Part shown: positions 60,960-64,000 of the stretch, in pieces
How the letters are laid out: each line of letters opens with the position of its first letter
Numbering within the stretch: the first letter of the stretch is position 1
NCBI GenBank assembly: GCA_009103225.1
Contig: RHPI01003156.1
Coordinates: 164,537 to 228,536 of the forward strand
Source of the DNA: Chlorokybus atmophyticus
Taxonomy: Eukaryota > Plantae > Mesostigma and Chlorokybus algae
DNA: 64,000 bases
Direction: 5' to 3'
Translations under genes and position numbers: made by a program
Notes under the pieces: model-generated
Databases searched by the model: none
The model's input: only the letters and a program-made list of their open reading frames with translations
Told to the model about the DNA's origin: nothing

Positions 60960-61420
60960 GCTCTAGAGCCTATGCGGCCTTGAGCATGATGAACTACACA
61001 AGGCATGATGGCAAGCACAGGGCTGATCATGGCCGATGAGACATTATGTGCTGTACAGAGATATATGTGTGCATATCCGCAAGTGTATGCATGTGTTTGC
61101 ATATGTGTGCACATGTACACATATGAGAGCATATGCGTGCATGAGAGGTATGTACTAGATGTATGCATGTATATGCATGCATGCGCATATGTGTGCATAT
61201 GCGCGCATATGTATGCATAAGAATGCATATGTATGCATAAGGATGCATATGTATGCATGAGTATGATGTCCTAGGCTGATGTAACCAGCCAAGGACGTTC
61301 ACAACGTCCAAGGATGATGTGTGTGATGTCCTAGGCTGATGTGACCAGCCTAGGGACGTGTACAATGTCCGAGGCTGATGTGTGATCAATCTTGGGCGTT
61401 GAAAGAGGTCCAAGGGCTGA
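60960..61420. repeat. Low-complexity ATATGTGTGCAT-type tract followed by an about 60-bp degenerate tandem repeat (GATGTCCTAGGCTGATGT...)
   Basis: Direct reading. Confidence 0.7.
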
Positions 61421-64000
61421 TGTGGCAGCCCTAGACATGAGTTGTGGTCAACGCAGCCATGACAAGGCATGTAGCCTTGGACTTGGATGTTCTAAGTCGA
61501 AGAGCAGCAACGAGAGGGTATATGAACGGCCTCAACATGTGTTGAGGCAGCTCAGCATGTGCATACTCGACTCTTGTGTGTGGGGTGCCTAATTTAGTTG
61601 TTCAAGGGGCTCTCCCTCTCATCCCATGTGGGGTGTGATGTCCGTAGCAGCTTTGCACATGTGTGTGAGGTGTGCTTGAGTGTGTGAGTGTGTGGGAGCT
61701 GAGTAAAGAGGTTGGTGTCATCCTCTCCTTCCTTGGTGCGGTGCTGTGACTTCCTCTGCAAGGTACTGCACCAGTGACGCTGGTAGGGCTTCCAGTAGTA
61801 AGTCCTTGTGCTTGTGCATAAGTTTGCCAAGCCGCACAGCAAGTAAGTGAGTGGTATCGTTATATTGGACTCGGAGCTTGCATTCCAAGCCTTGCATGCT
61901 TGCCCATCAGCTCATGCACTTGCTGCACCGTGCGTGCATTGCATTCTTTGCTTGCATGCACTACATGGCAGGGTTTTGAGCTGATTGTGCATGCTAGTTG
62001 GTGCGTCCAGCTGCGTGCACACTTGCATGCATGGTGTGGGTCGTTCTACACAATAATTTGAGCATTAGTTGTGTGTTCTTGCTGCACATACACATCATTA
62101 CACACGCATTGGCTTGTTGCACCAGCCGCGCGTGTGCTCGTGTGTGCGCGCGTGTGCGCGTGAGTGCATCTGTTACAGGGACCTCACCTTGTAGTGTTGG
62201 CCCTAACCTTTGTGGCAATGGCTGAGCAAGAGCATACAGCAAGAGAGGAGGTATCTTGGGGCAATGATGTTGCTAAGACCACCCGACAGCTTACCACTGT
62301 GGTTGCCACGTTGTGTGAGCAGGTAACAGAGTTAAAGCAACACGAGGCCAACATAGCTCACTGGCAACGGTCAAGTGACATCGTTGACTGTGCAATCCCA
62401 AGTAAGGGACATGTTGGTGCATCTGTTGATGCAAGTGTACAGAACCACCGAGAGCGTAAGCGTAGCCATGAAGCACAGCTCTGTGAAGCTGAAGCTGATG
62501 CTGCTCGGGGCCATGCTCTCATGTGTGAGGGACATGAAGAGAGCAAGAAGCCATGTATACAACAGAGATTGTCAATGGCTAGCTGCTCTGTGGACGTTGA
62601 TACGCAATGTGCTTTCAGTGACTTGATGTCACGCCTTCCCCAACCATGCAATTTCGATGTGTGGGAGAACAAGTTGGGTGTACAAGTAGATACTCAATTC
62701 ATGCAGCACGACTGTGCAGGCAAGTGTGTCTTGCTCAATGCACCTGTTGACGAGTTGTCAAACATGCTCAAGCACTATGTAAATTGCAAGAGCAAGAGTG
62801 CGCACAACACAAGTGCATGCGTGGTTGTACCCAAGCGTCCTGGGTTGAAGACCCGCTTTGTTAAAGGCATGCAGGTCCTGGGAGAGGTCAAGCTGGGTAA
62901 GGGGCAGATGCGTGTCGTGTGACCTTGCATTCAGATGGGCACAATGTTGCGCCCACTGTTAGCTCTGTTTATGATGCATTAAGTACAGATGTCTTATGTT
63001 CTTTATTGAGTGCCATGCAGATGAGGGCTGTTCGCCATGGAGCTCAACCTCTTCTAGTGCTCGTCCGGCCAGTCTGTAACGACGACACTTCCACCTCAGT
63101 TGGTGAGACCGGTGGCAAGCCACCAGACACGGCCCTTGAAGGTCTGTTGTCTAAATTTTCTGATGTGTTTCAAGCTGAACTGCCTGCATTGCCACCTAAG
63201 AGGGACATCTGGCATACGACCCCTTTAGAGTCTGATGCGCAGCCTCCGTTTAGACCCGTGTATAGGCCGAGTGTATAGACCAACCTTGTCGAGAAGACAA
63301 GCGAGGTGGGCTGAGTACTTGTCTAGATTCAACTTTATCTGGGTTTACAAACCAGGGAGAGTGAATGTGGCAGACCTTTTGAGCCGTTCGCCATTGCTGT
63401 TGGCAGTGACAACACGTGCACGTGCACGAAACCAAGGGTGGGCACAAGCAAGTGATGCTAGTGCCAGTACTTTCGAGTTGCCATCTGTGAATGAGCAAGT
63501 TGTCAATAAGACACCAGTGGCAACAAAGATCAGCGAAATGCCAACTGAGCTCGAGAGAGCAGACAGTGAAGCACCATTGGTAGTGCACGAGCCAAGTGGG
63601 GAGGACCCAATGGCCATTGATGTGGAAGACATTTTACAGCGAATGCCTAGTGCTTATGCACTTGACACATGGTTTGTTGAGTTGCTAAAGCAGGCAGACA
63701 ACAAGATCACTTGTCACAAGAGCCTCTGCTACAGTGAGGGCAACTTGATAGTGCTAACTGCACTCGGCTTGAGGCAAAAGTGTCTGTTTAAGGCACACAT
63801 TTTCGTGTACAATGGGCACATGGGAACGGCAAAGACCATCAAGCAGCTGCAAAGACAGTATTGGTGGCCGAGCTTGGGTGCTGATGAACCTAAATATGTG
63901 GCGTGTTGTGACACTTGTCCAAGAGACAAGGCCTCGCAGAGGAAGCCAGCAAGGTTGTTGAGGCCCTTGGCTATTCTCAGCTATTACTATGAGAGTGTGA
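61421..64000 (+). mobile_element. Degenerate Gypsy element of the same family as 47800-49400, running off the window
   Basis: LTR-like region ending at 61864, PBS-like TGGACTCGGAGC (61866), ORF 62164-62922 with the Dam-like segment, linker LLSKFSDVF..LP.LPP.R, and integrase H2C2 HIFVYNGH..YWWP..CCDTC. Protease and RT are deleted. Confidence 0.75.

Overview
Eukaryotic nuclear DNA from a green alga or plant-lineage organism, inferred from a spliced, transit-peptide-bearing PsbX gene. The window is almost entirely nested transposon sequence around a two-gene host island: PSBX at 23761-24641 and a gamma-glutamylcyclotransferase-like gene at about 25906-27400. The main find is a multi-gene Plavaka-type (CACTA-related) DNA transposon at about 2.9-22.7 kb. 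It encodes a spliced transposase and carries a phage/bacterial-type C5 DNA cytosine methyltransferase, a zinc-finger/OTU/RING-like gene and two unknown genes. These are arranged around two divergent intergenic regions that share a TCGTACCAT inverted motif. A young chromodomain Gypsy element (16306-22354, 672-bp LTRs, CCTGA target-site duplication) sits in its right-hand 53-bp repeat array. The rest includes a truncated second Plavaka copy, a tiny TRIM-like element, degenerate DIRS-type tyrosine-recombinase elements with a Dam-like domain, several Copia families with many nested LTRs, and a Gypsy family with a Dam-like domain upstream of its protease. Most mobile-element ORFs carry stops or frameshifts consistent with C-to-T decay. 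Domain calls come from motif recognition by eye; no searches were run.
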